This document shows positions 27,267 to 40,355 of a stretch of 64,000 nucleotides of DNA, piece by piece. The DNA comes from Tricharina praecox (lineage: Eukaryota). Every line of letters starts with the position of its first letter. The stretch's first letter is position 1. The notes below the pieces were generated by a model. That model saw only the letters and a list, made by a program, of their open reading frames with translations. It was not told the DNA's origin and did no database searches. The stretch covers positions 682,001 to 746,000 of the forward strand of contig NW_026250419.1 of the NCBI RefSeq assembly GCF_024521635.1, in the 5' to 3' direction. Made by a program: the position numbers and the translations under genes.

Positions 27267-30200
27267 CTAAAGCCTGCTTTCCAGCATCGACACGTTTTCA
27301 TCTCCCACCGTCCATTCGGGCCAGACATACTTGAGTGCCTCCCAGATGTTTCTGTACATCGCCCGTCAGTCATACCATCGTCCCGAGCCAAAGACCAAAA
27401 GAACGATCACTCACCTAACGTAGAGGATCTCCATTCCATCCTTGACCTCCTGCGGCAACTCCTTGACATCCTTCCGGTTGGTGGCGGGTAAGAGGACCGT
27501 TTTGATGCCAGCCGAGAGTGCGCCAATGAGTTTCTCCTTAATACCGCCTGTTGATACAGCCTGCTGTTAGCCACTGCTTCCCGTAGTAGCACTATATAAG
27601 GTAATCGATAATGTAGGAAAATTAATTGCTCGGTGGGGGTCGTATTGGCTCCGCCCGCCACCGCCACTCGTGTGCATGGTCCATGGGTGGATGGGGAAGG
27701 AAGGGACGAAAGACAGAAATGGGGAATAACGAGTAAATTGGATTGAAAAGATAACTGGTGTAAAAATAGGTGAGCTTACCGACGGCAGTTACTTTACCAC
27801 GAAGGGACATTTCACCAGTCATGGCAAGCGTCGGCGGAACCCGTCGCTCAGCGAAAAGGGAGATCAACCCAACCGTGAACGCCATTCCAGCGCTTGGGCC
27901 ATCCTGATAGCGTCAAACACACGTCGTTAGCTTCGTTGCGGGTGCGGAGCTCAAGCTCGAGCGATAAGGTTGATACTCTAGAGAGGATGGGCGGACGAGC
28001 TGCAGAGCCGAAAGGAGAGTTTATCGATCACTTACTTTCGGGACTGCACCGGCGGGACAGTGCACATGTAGATTTTTGTTCTTCATGAGATCCTCATCCG
28101 GATGGTGTGTTAGACCGAGGACGTAGGCATGGGCTCGCACCCACGTCAAGGCGACTTCAACGCTTTCTGTAGCACCGACCCCGCTGTCAGCGACATGCAC
28201 CCGTCCGGCAGCGCCGGGAACGAAGAGAATCCGCCGAAACCACCGCCAGATGGATTGCTGACGTACCCTTGATAACATCGCCAAGTTTCCCTGTCAGCTG
28301 CAACTTCCCCGTGCCCGGCATAAACGAGCTTTCGATGAATAGTATGGCGCCTGTGCCTCCGATGCTGTACGCTACAAGCCCGGTGACAACGCCTGGCTTA
28401 TTACCACGCTCCGCGATCTCGTGATCATACCTTTCTATCCCGAGTATGTTCTCCAGGTCCGAAAGCTCGACTCTACGCTTGTATGACGCTAGGTCATTGA
28501 GGTCTTTTGCCTCCGAAAACTCGACAGCCTTCGCGCGACAAACGCTGCCGACCTCCCTCTCCAGATTCCGGACACCGGATTCCCGAGTGTAAGAGGTGAT
28601 GATCTTGAGGAGCACCTCGTCAGGCAGTTCTACTAGATCAGGGCTCAAGCCGTTCGATTTCAGCTGCTTGGGGATCAAGTATTGTGATGCGATGTGTTTC
28701 TTCTCAACAGACGTGTAACCGCTCAGCTGAATCGTCTCCATACGATCCAGCAGCGGCGGCGGGATTGTGTCAAGTGAGTTCGCTGTAGCGATAAATAGCT
28801 ACACATCGGGTTAGCCAGGCTGGTCGAATGATATTGAAACATCAGAAAAGGAAATATCAAACGAAACGTATAAGCGAAATGCTAACGGCAGTTTCTAATT
28901 TCCCGAAAGTATCTTGTCGCTAAGCATGTCGCAAGCAACCATGCAATCCTGCGTCCCCCACCAGTTTATCCGGCGGTATCACTGCTAGGATCTGGAGGAG
29001 AATGACTTCGAGTGACACTGCACCACCGCCTCGAGGACCAACGATGGTGCGTGGGGGAGTCGGGAGGGCATTTGCAAAAGACGTGCAACCGAGGTGCGGT
29101 TTGTCACAACTGGACTCGCACTTGGGGCTGTGGGTGGGTGGGGGAGGGGGGGGCGTCTTTGGCCAGTCACGGCCAGAGCGTAGAGGAGGGGCGGAAAAAT
29201 AAATAAAAATTGCGGGGAGCAACAAGGAGTAGGGATGACGCATCGGAGATTTCAGATACGATAGGACAGGACATATATGGACTTACCACTTTAGACAGAT
29301 CGATGGGGATATTGATGTAGTGATCGGTGAAACTCCAGTTCTGTTCCGGGTCGAGCACTTCAAGCATAGCTGCGCTTGGATCGCCATGGAAATTGGCCCC
29401 GCCAACTTTGTCGATTTCGTCTGCGGAATTAGAGACCCGTCAGTCACAAGCTCAGAACTTAAGTTTCCGGCTATCCGGGATGATATTTTGGATGCACCGA
29501 GAGGGAGAGGGAGAGGCTGGTATTGGATGCAGTGCGGGTGGTCTGACAGGCTCATCAATTGGAAAGGACCAATGGCCTTGCCACTTTAACGCTGCAGATC
29601 ATTCCTCTGCAACAGCTGATCCATGTACCGACGAACCTGTGCATCTTCTCTCACGAGAGGCCGAAAAACAAACAAAACAAACGAAAAGAATGCACTCACC
29701 GAGAAGGATGACCGGATTAGACACTCCAACCTTCTTGAGCGCATTGACGATCACACCGGGCATTGCTGCCACATAGGTGCGCCGATGGCCTCTAATTTCC
29801 GCCTCATCACGCACACCTCCAAGCGAGATACGGTGAAACTTCCGACCTAATGCGGCAGCAACACTCTTCGCCAAACTTGTCTTTCCCGTACCCGGAGGCC
29901 CGACGAGCAGCAAGATGGGTGACTTATCGATGATCCGTTGCTTGGTTGGATTGGATGGAGGAAGCTCGAACGCTTTCCCTTGTTTCACATCACTAGCTTT
30001 CACCAGTTCCTTGCCGCCAGTCTCGGGCTCAGCCTTCGGTATGGCCAGCTCGCGCTCGAGTTCGAGTTGGTGCTTGAGCCGAAGAACTGCGAGGTATTCG
30101 AGAAGACGCTTCTTGATTTTCTCCAAGCCGTAGTGGTCGTCGTCGAGTTGCTTCCGGGCTCGCGCAAGCGTAGTATTGTCGAGATTGTCCTCCGTCATTT

Positions 30201-31542
30201 TCGTCCACGGTATCTGCAGCAAAATTAGTCCGGCTGCTATGGGGATCGGGTGATATTTCGTGATCGGCTCCACAGGGTATGATTCGCCTTACCTCGGCGA
30301 GTGTTTCAAGATACGTCCTACAAACACCGTACTCTGCCTGTACAGGACTCATCCTCTTCAAACGCAGCATCTCTCTTTTCGCTACCTTCTCCGCTTCAGG
30401 ACTCAACCCTGCATCCTTCAACGTTTTCGCCAATTCTTCCATCTCGTTGTCTTCCTCCGCATCTTCTTCGTCACCACTTCCACCCACACCAGAAGCAATC
30501 CCACGTCTTCCCCTTGCTCTGGTGCCTGTATTGGTCCTCCGACCATCCACCACAATCAAGTGCGGCAACGGGATTTGGGTATTAGTGCTATTCCTCCTGT
30601 TATTCGCGGCTTTGATGAGATCGACCTGTCTCGTCAAAATAGCGACTGCCTTCTCGAGTCTTTTCGGCACGGTGACCGCCGACAAAAAGTCCAACCGTTC
30701 GGGAAACGATGTTTCAACAGCGGATATCATGAAATCCGCCAACGAGCCTGCATCATTCGCGTCCTTCTTGGCGATGAGCACCTCAAGCCGCCGCGCAACC
30801 ATCGGTGGCAAACCGGCACCTCGAGAATTATTCGATCTCAGCAGCGAGATCAGCTCCCTCGACAGCGACTTGAGCTGCAAGAACAACTCCATGGTTCCCT
30901 CGTCGTTCGGCGCGATGGCGTCATCGACAAAGTGCTCAACATCGGCTTCGATCCACGGCGTTCTTTGCCGACACTGCTTCACAGCAAATCGACTAACACC
31001 CTCCACCACCACCGCCATGCCGCTCTCGGCCGTAGCAACATCTCCGACCGTAGACTCCGTCGAGCTCCCCTCTAACCCGACGATCCGCGCGACAGTACCA
31101 TGCGTCCACAGCTCGTCGACGGTAACCGAGGACGGATCGATGTTTAGCACTGCTGCCTGAAACGATTTAGTGGAGTGGGTGCCCCGCGACGAAGAATCCT
31201 TCTCGTATTCATCGCCCTCTTCGTGGATCACGCGCGTCGCGTCTTCGGTCGGCGGCCGTAGGGGAATACACCCAATTGCTACGTTCGAGGCATCGAGCGT
31301 CGAAGAGTTGTTTGAGAGTTTGTTGAGGAGCGCGGTGATGTCGCGTCGGTCCGAGACGAAGATCCGGACTAGTTATGGTTTAGTTGCACGTTCTATTCCG
31401 AGCTTTGTGTGTGCGCGCGCACGGAGCCCTGCGTTGCAATGGGACGGAATGGAGGTAACGTACGGACTACACCGGGCAGAAGAACGGTGCCGTAAGGGAG
31501 TGCAATGAGTGGAAGTGTACTGGGCTTGATGATGTTGACCAT
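27267..31542 (-). CDS. Peroxisomal Lon protease (LONP2/Pln type), 9 exons
   Basis: N-domain start [25 protein letters not shown]; Walker [35 protein letters not shown]; Walker B ILLDEIDK; catalytic PKDGPSAG (split by an intron) and GGIKEKL. The last exon ends VSMLESRL*, a PTS1 signal. All eight introns are GT-AG. Confidence 0.95.
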
Positions 31543-32175
31543 TCTAGATGAGATGCGGAACTGAGTGATGAGGTAGTGAAGCTGTTTTGCGATGGACAAT
31601 GCAGAGTAATAGTTGATGTTCGTGTGACAGATTGCTGTTATGGAGGTTTTGGGGTGCTGAGGTCGGGGAGCTATCATAAGCGTTGTCGGGACCTCGGTAG
31701 AGCACATAGAAGTGCACGCAGCGATCGACGGCCGCCACTTCCCCTGATTTGTCGCTGCTCTTTAACCTGTTTGGGAGACGTGGCAGTTCACGTGTTATTT
31801 CGAGAATCGCCTAGAAATCCGAGGAACAATTGAACGGTTTCAGCAGCTATATTTCATCATTCCTTCAGGAATTCTGCAGGTTCGTGATAGGAATAGTAGC
31901 AAATAGGCAGAAGCTGTGCTCGCAGGATTTCCAGAGTCGGAAGTGCACGATGTAAATACTAGGTATACCTAGTGAACCCAAGGCTTTAGAGTGCATGCCG
32001 GCAAGGCGCCGACCCCCGGCAGGGGCTTCTCGCGGGGTTCTATCGATGAGCCTTTATCGTTCCCCGTAGGATATCCGATCATTGGCGGTGATCACAGCAA
32101 AACTGCCCTGACTCACACTCCATCACCCGGACAGGCTGGATCCGCATCCCGACGTTACCCCGGTTGGTGTCATGA

Positions 32176-33010
32176 AGGCGGCACACCCTCAGCAGAGTCA
32201 CCATCTATACGGACACACAAGCAGCCATTAGAAGGATGACCCACGACACCCCTGGCCCCGGCCAGAAGTACGCCATCCAGGCATGGAAGCACATCGCCAC
32301 CAGGCCGCTGCCACCTCCGTCACTCGCATACCTAAGGCGAGGCATCACGGGAACCAAGTGGAAAAAAGCTAAAGCATGAGCCGACGCCAGAGTCACCAAC
32401 AAGAAGTACCGGTTCAGCAGAAAATCTGGCCAGAGACCGGGCCCGACCCCAGCCATGGCCTCCAAGCACCTGGCCTCGAGGTTTTACCAGCTAAAGACAG
32501 GACACTTCCTCACAGGCCAGTAGGTACCTCCAGTATGAGCGACCAGACGCCCGCTGCGGATGGTGCCGCTACAACACCCAGATCCGGGAGCACCTCTTCG
32601 AATACTGCTCCGAATGGAAGAGCCAGCAGAAAGAGCGGTGCAGACAGGCCATCCTAGACTTCCTCCCCTTCACTGATGTGGGCGGGCGGATGCCAGAGGC
32701 TGCTGAGGAAGATGCAGTAAGTGGGGTATCCGAGTGGGAGCTCAGGGAGCGGGAAGAAAGGGAGGCGGAGCTGAACGAGAGGAGGGGGAGGGTGCTGAGG
32801 TTGAGGAGCCAGGGTCACTCCTGCTGTTCCTTCCCACAATCTCTTTCATGGCATCCCCCGATGAAGAGGCAGGAGGCGGGACGGAGTAGGAAGAGCCACA
32901 CGGAGCTGCTCGATGAAGTCGGGTTGGACAGTGGCGTGGAACCGGAGTGTGTACATATATTGCCATGATCTACTTAGGTCTCAAGTAATTACTGATTAAA
33001 CTGCAAAAAA
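32176..33010 (+). mobile_element. Decayed, 5'-truncated non-LTR retrotransposon (Tad1-like LINE): partial RNase H, CCHC knuckle, 3' UTR and A-tail
   Basis: Translation across lesions: RVTIYTDTQAAIRRMTHDTPGPGQKYAIQAWKHIA (RNase H part), KHLASRFYQLKTGHFLTGQ/YLQYERPDARCGWCRYNTQIREHLFEYC (CX2CX8HX4C), EEDAVSGVSEWELREREERE, LFLPTISFMAS. Premature TGA at 32377, 4-bp TAGG insertion at 32521, apparent internal deletions; ends TGATTAAACTGCAAAAAA. Confidence 0.85.
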
Positions 33011-33942
33011 CGGTGGAGACTTTTCTATTCCGGGAATTTGCGTAGCCTAGGGGGGAATCGGAGCACTGGGAGATCGATCTTGTGGGACGCAGAAGAGAGA
33101 CCGGAATGTCGAGCTCCAGATATCTGGATTCTGTGCTTTTTCCGACGGAGATGCGAAGGGGGAGCGAGGAGGCGGTACGTGCAGATCCACATAGGAGGTC
33201 TAGGAAGAGGGGGAGGAGGAAGGCTGATGCGAATTTTTCTTTTGCGATTTCTTTGGGCACTTTTGCACTGGTGGAGTTGGGTGGTGCTGGTATGTACTCC
33301 AATGAGCCTGAGACTGATGAATACCTCGGGATCCCGTACAGAAATGGGAAGCAATTGGGAAGCAACTGCCAGGGGACGAGAACTGAATGTACTACCTACT
33401 AGGTATACTGTGGTCAAATATAGAAATGATGAAAGAAAGAAAGAAAGAGAAACAGTACCGTTCCACATGAATCATGAAAACATCTAAAACGCAACGCAAC
33501 GGCGACAAGTAGGTACAAACATTGTACCCATGAACGTGGAGAGAGACAGCTAACTACACCGCAAGGCCCACAACACGCAATTGAGGATTACAAAATCAAG
33601 TAGGTCGGTACGGTAATGTCCTATGTAAGATGCCACAACTTCAAGCCAGGAGAAACTCTTCTCATGTATCCTCCTTCCCAAACCTGAACCCAGCGCCCCA
33701 AACATCCGCCCCCCAGTACAGTCAGCCGGTAAAAACATGCAAAAGAGCAAGAAAACTTTAGATTTGCGAAAAAACAAATGAAGTCCCAAAGAAATTCTGA
33801 AAAAGCTAACAAAAGACAGACAAACCAAAGACGCCGTGAAAACACCGCCCGAATACCCGTAATAATAGTAGTAATTGTACATGCAGCACATCTAAAAAAA
33901 AACAAAAAACAATGTACAGTCCGGAGACTTAACGATCACCTC

Positions 33943-36900
33943 TTACTTCTTCTTCTTGGCGGGAGCAGCCCTCCGTTTTTTGACCGGCTTATCGGAGGGA
34001 TCTACACTGCCCTTTCTCTTCTTCTTAGGGGTGTTGGGTGACGGTCGATCGCCGTCCTCGCTCACGCCCGGCGTATCGCCCCTCGCATAGTCCAGATTGT
34101 CTTCGTCCTCGCCTTCAGCGGCAAGTTTGAACTCGCTGTCCACGCTCAACATCTCGAGGAACTGACGGCATTGCTCCATCATATCGTCGCTGGTCTCTAG
34201 CCCCTGTGCCGTCCCCTCAACCTGCTCCCACACCGTCTGCATGTTGACGTTCGGGTTGCGACCAGGCACCTTGTTCATGGTCGGATCATTCGCCTTGATT
34301 TTGCCGATCTTGTAGTCCCGGAGCTTGTTCTCGTTGATTCCGAATGCCTTTCTAAGGTAAGTCCTGGCGGCCCACACCATCATCAAGATAGCTGCTCCGG
34401 TCGATAGAAGTTTCAGGCGCTGTGGGTTGACGGTCTTGTTTTGTGGCTCCTGCCCGTTCTCAAGTTTGATGAAGAAAATATCCGTCTCAATGGAATGTGC
34501 TACCATGACACCCGTGTTCGCCACCACCTTCTCCATGGTTGTGATGACCTGATACACCTCATCCGTGGTAGCGAAATCCAGGAAGGCCAAGTTGCCAATG
34601 ACGAACCTGGCATAGTCGAGATGGGTCGGAATAACTTCAACGTTAAGCTTGATTGGATCGAAATCGATGCTTCGAATGATATTGTCGAGCAGCTTCTTCT
34701 TGACTTTCCTAGTCCCCTCCTTGACGATGTCGTAGAGCGGTCGAAGTTTGGCGACGTAAGGATCAGTAGTGGCACCAGCTCCGTCGCCGATGATGTTCCT
34801 CTGATAGATGAAGCACGTGCGCACGCCGTCCATATAACCGCGTTCGACGATTGTTTCATGTTTTGAGTGGAGGGTTTTGTGCTCCCTGTAGGCGATCTGA
34901 TTGATCTGCGACGCCGTTGACGTCTCAAGAGCGACTAGGGCAGGGACAAGCTAATGGATCCAATCAGCATTCAATTCCTCGTGATCGTCCGCCAGGAGCG
35001 GTGCGTACCTCTTTCGGATGAACAAGTCCCTGTCTTAAAATGCTTGCAATGACCTCCGTAGCAACGATAGCATAGGTATCCTGACTACCCAACGCGATTG
35101 CCGTGATTTCCTTTAGATACCTCTGGGCTAGACTGGTACTGACACCATCGTTCTGATTGATGTATGCGGCTTGTGTCAAACGTCCCGGTTCATCTTGCTG
35201 ATCTCCTTTCTTGTGCTTCTGGTCAGCACCTTCTTCGCGTGCAAATTCGCTCCGTGATTCTTCCAGCCCAAGAAAACCCTTGATGCCGGACAGCACAAGC
35301 TTCATCTGATCCTTCTCTTGCTCTTTGAAAACTTGGTCGAATATGTTCAGCACCTGTGGCATTAAGAAATGAGCGGCATGTGTTTGGCACACGTGACCTA
35401 AACTCTCAATTGCGGCCTTCCGGACAGACGGCTCAATGTCGGGTGCGCAGAACGGAACAATTGTTTCGGTGATGAAACCAGATACATCGGTTACTTTCCG
35501 GTCCGAGAAAGACGATTTGAACTGTGCGACCGAGCTCTCAAAGTCGCAATAGTGTCCGAAAAGACCGAGGATATATAGAGTCCGAACCACTCTTCTCTCC
35601 TGGGACTGGTCGGTAATCGGCTTGCCAGTGGCCTTCTGGACGTTACTGATACATGATATAGTAACCCGAATCAGACGAGCTGGGTCGTTGGTGATACCCG
35701 CAATCGTCCACAGGCAACTGACAACTTCACGGAGCTCTTGGGATGGCAGTCGAGTCAGGTTCTTAAGCAGATTCGATTGCACCTCCAGCAGAAACGCATT
35801 CTGCCGGCTTGTAAGGATGTGCAAGGCGTGTCTGTAAATCACTATCACACTCCTGAACAAGTGCAAATCGTTCGAGGTCAAGTTTTCGGTGTATGGCTGA
35901 AGCATCATCAGTTGAGCGGGTGTGAATAGCTTGGGGTCGGCCTTCGCGAAAACGGTCAACGTTTGAATCGTGCTTTGTCGAGTTCCCTAAGTGCGCGCAA
36001 TTAGTGAGAGGCCGACCAAAGCCAATTGTGGGCTATACCTTGTCTGAATCGCCCTGAAGATTCAACAAATCGTCAAACATCGATCCGATCATCCTCTTGC
36101 ACACTCGGTAATTTTGTTCGGAGTTCTTGCCGTCTTGTTGGAGCAGCTGTAAACAGCGTTAGCATCTCCATCTTTCTGGCCGCTTCGGTACGAGGGACTC
36201 ACCGATTTGATGACGTCGTGCAAGGCGGATAGCATGATTTCCTTTTGCACAACCTGAATGATCACAGCAACTCGTTCGCTGGCAACGAGCTTCATCTGAG
36301 GAGTGATATCGACCGGTGCATCCGACTCGTCTTCGGGAATTAATGAATAAAATGGCGCTATCCATATCTCCTCAAATGTCTTACGAGCTTGCTCCGCCAC
36401 TCCCGCATCATTGTCCTTGATTCTCAGCACCAAAGCCTCTGCAATCATCACCCTGAGATTTTCCTTCTTCGAATGCAGGTATATGTCCTTCAATATCTTC
36501 ATGGAGCGTTTCCGCACGGCCACACCGGTATCGACAGACCTCTCAATAATAGTCTTGCAGACCAGACCCTCGATCTCGGGCTTGATTGCGATGCACTTTC
36601 CCAGCAGATCCACCGCAGAATCGCGCACGAGTGGGCTGGCATCTTGCGCTTTCTTCATAATGAACGGGATGACTTGGGTGCGATTCAGAATTGTTGGGTC
36701 CTTTCCGAGTAGTTGGGTGATGGACTTCAATGCCTTGCTTCTCGATTGTGCCTGATTGTCATCCATGCATCGAAGCAACCGGTTGAATAGTTGCTCGAAG
36801 AACTGGCAAAACGGCATGTTGAGCACAGTTAGCGTATATGCTTGTCGGATCTGTGATGGCGTAAATGAACTCATGTCCATGTCATCATCCCATTCTCTAT

Positions 36901-39705
36901 GGATGGTCATCTGCTTCAAATTCGACGCACATCTCGACACATCGCTCTCTGAATCATCAACGTCCTCGGCTACCTTGTCCCACAGCGTGCAAATCCTGGA
37001 GCTCCATACGGTGAGGTAGTATCCGCAAGCGCTCTGGAGAGTATTGTCGTGTGTGCGAGCTGCGAACAGATGTTCAAGAGCAATCCTAAATGGTCCTTCC
37101 CAGTCCACCAGCTCCTCCTCGAGCGCAGCTACAGCAGCGGCCCGATTAGAACCGGTGTCAATCTCAAGGTACTTATCGATGAGTTGAGACATTTGAGGAT
37201 CTCCTCCCTCCCGGTTTCGACGCCCCTCCCGCAAATGGACGACCAGATCACAGATACCACTTCCCATGACACCAAGCATATCTAGAGCCATTGTTTTTGC
37301 AGTGACGGCCTGCTTTTCGCCGTCGATGATGTTGCACATGCTACGGGCTAAGCTGCGAAGGAGAAGCTCTGCGGCCGGCCATTCCGGAGATCCCAACACA
37401 GCCAGGAAATCCTCCGTGAAAATATCCAGCAGATGTCTGTAAGGCTGGTCCCCAGTTTTCGTGGTATTCATGGCCTTCTGAACTAGATAACTGACAATCG
37501 AGCTGGAAGTTTTCTGCGCATCGTCAAGAAGGGGGCTGCAGAGATGATGCAACTTCGTCACTGTTTCCTCCGGGCTTCGGTCATCATGGTCGATATCGTC
37601 CAATTCATCCTCCGGTTGGGGTTCTCCGTCTTCGTTCGATGCTAGGCCACGTTTCTTCTTCCGCGGCTGATATGTACCACCAGTTTGAACGAGCCTCATG
37701 ATCAGCGCACTGACCAGCTGGATGTTCTTACCCCCTTCGACCAGTTTGAATTGCCTCGCTGTAGCGCGGTTCACTGGCAATTTTTCCAAATTGGCAAGGA
37801 TCTGCTCGAAGATGATGTTTGATCTCTGCTCCGGATAGCGGGCGAAGATCTTCGCCAGGATATCCATGGCGGCCATCCGAAACATCTCAACCCTCTGGAT
37901 GCCAAACAATGAGTCCTTCTCGTTACTCGCATTCTCCACAAACACTATAGCAGCCGCCATGTACAGTGCAGAGTTGATGGCCGATTCTGTGGCCTCTTCG
38001 TTGGCGACCAGTTGCGAAAACAAAGTGATGACATTCGTGACCTCATGAAGAAGACCACCCAATATCTTCTTCTGAGCGAACGCAGATTTGAAGGGCCCTG
38101 GTTGATCGCCTCCGGATCTCATCTCAATCATCGGATTAAGTGCTCCTTCAATCAGGTTTTTGATGAGGAGAAGCACGCTCGCCAGCAAATCTTCGGAATA
38201 TAGTTGCTTCTCTTCCCTCCCCCCAACCATTATCCGTAGAACCGTCTTCGCAGTTTTCAGTCCATTGTCCACAGAAGCAATCCGTGTCAGCCAGTCTTCG
38301 ATGTCATATTCCGCCAGATTTTCTGGTGGCATGATATTTTCTGCGTCGGTCCTCTTCAATGCGTTTTCGCAGAGCTTTTCGAGCCTCATGAGGTCGTCAA
38401 CGGGCACCTGTGCGAACCGCTTAACTGAGATGACTTTCTGTATTACTCCCTCGAGTTTTGATTGTATGGCTGTTGAGAGGCACGGTTCCGCCGTATTGAC
38501 CACCCAGAACCTAGAGGACTCGTGCGCTTCCGCATATCTACCCGACGTATCTCCTTGAAGGTTGTCCTCAGCTTGGAAAATGGAGTCGACGAGGTTTATG
38601 AGCGCCGTCAACGAGCCATCTGCCTTTGCACGTTGGTCTACCCCCCCGACTATAGGACCGTTGTCGCGATCATCATCAGAGTCGTCCCGCCTGCGTTTCC
38701 GATTATTCTGGGTAGAGCCCGGCGTGAACGGTTTTGATTGCTTTAGCCTTTGATCTAGCTTCCCATACTTCGTATACTCAGAGCGATCGATATGCGGCGA
38801 CGGCTGGAGAACTACAGCTTTGGCCACCTGAGCGGAAGCGGAAGATGTTGGCGACGATCCATAGACACCGTTTGAGGGCGCATGTCTAGGCTGAACTGGA
38901 GTCACGACCGGTATCTGAACCTGGAATGTTGGATATCCATTCGACGGTGACGGATGCGGACTGGGTCGAGATGGCTGTAGATAGACTTTCGCAGGCGGAT
39001 TCCCATAGCTGTAATTCTTCGGTGTCATCGTTGCAGCGGAAGGTGCGGGTCGAGGAGTAGAAGGTGGTTTTTGAGCTGGAATAACAGGCTGTTTTGTCGG
39101 TGTTGCCACTAGGATGGCATTTGTTTCCTGTTGCACCGGCTGTGCGATTGTAAACCCGACACTGGACCGTCCCAGCACCAGTTCAGCAAATTTGCCTGCG
39201 CCAGCATTGCGCAGCATGTCCACCGCTATCTGGTTCGAGTTATCAACATGATCGGTGCGATGCGATACGGATTTGAAACGACTGGCCCAGGCAACAAGGT
39301 TAGCAATATGATACATTTTCCCTCTCAGCCCACTCGACTCACTATGTTGCAGACGCGGCTAGGAGCTGCGATGAAATATCTTGTACATATTTCCCGACAA
39401 ACTTCGAACCCGGCCTTTCTTCGAATCGTTGATTGAGGAGATCGAGCGCTTGCCGCGAGATTTCCCGTTCGGCATCCGAGTGGTAGAAAGACAACCCAGA
39501 AACCGTGGAGATTGTCGGTATAGGGATCATGTCTATACCGGCATATGTGTTAGCAAACAAGGGACCATATCGACTCTCCGGACATCCCACACATACCCGG
39601 CGTGAGCGGAACAATGGACGACAGTGGTGTGTATTGCAAAGCATCGTCAACGTCCACAGGAGGTATCTGATGCAGCGCGACGTACTGGTTGTCGGACCCG
39701 TTCAT
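33943..39705 (-). CDS. SCC2: Cohesin loader SCC2/Mis4 (NIPBL/delangin), 6 exons
   Basis: First exon MNGSDNQ..DALQYTPLSSIVPLTP; LLDIFTEDFLAVLGSPEWPAAELLL; HEAT motifs SRSKALKSITQLL, DASPLVRDSAVDLLGK, DTGVAVRKRSMKILKDIY; LRQGLVHPKE; basic C-terminal tail. Confidence 0.95.
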
Positions 39706-40355
39706 TTTGGACGTGGCGCGGAGGACAGGACGGCTGTTGGACTACCTCGCAACTGCGAAGCCGAGAAATGCCAATATATCCTGTAGAGCTGGTGGAGGCA
39801 GCACTTCCGTTCTTCTTATTATTCCTCAGCCGAAACTTCAGTCCCCATATCCCCCAAGTGAGGAGTCGAAGATTGTTGGGACCAGGCAGCAGGAGATAGT
39901 GCGCACTTGGTGAGGAGCGTTCGGAGCGTTCGGTTCGGGTATACGGGAAGACCGAGAAGTTATGTTCGCACCGCCGGAGGGTCCGTGAAGAGATCGGGAG
40001 GTCGGGAGTCGGGGGTCGGTGGTAGTCGTGATGGTAGTGGATGGCGGGCAGACGCGATCGATGGATTTCAATAAGTTGTGGTGCGCGACGAGAAGGGTTC
40101 CCAACCCAGTTAGAGCATGTTTAGCCGCGCCTCCCACGTGATGATCTGCGGTGTTACCAGTCATAAGGTATCACTTGTACAAATATGTACTCAAGAGGCC
40201 TAATTCAGTCAGTCGTTTCATGCCAGGTGTCGGTAATGGATTGTGTGAAGTCACTGTGAGAGGCGGGGTTGTAAGATTATCGGGCAATGCGTTGGGGCTG
40301 TTAGGTACTTGTAGCATTGGAAGCCATGACAATCAATCCACTCTCTATCGTAGCC

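Noticed and set aside
29450..29560. Possible C/D snoRNA (TGATGA...CTGA) in Lon intron 3
   Set aside because: No terminal stem and no convincing rRNA-complementary guide recognised.
33310..33345. Hammerhead-like CTGATGA...GAAA
   Set aside because: Stem II closure is non-canonical and stems I and III could not be formed.
33038..33487. ORFs between the LINE tail and the SCC2 3' end
   Set aside because: No recognisable similarity; cannot support a gene or pseudogene.
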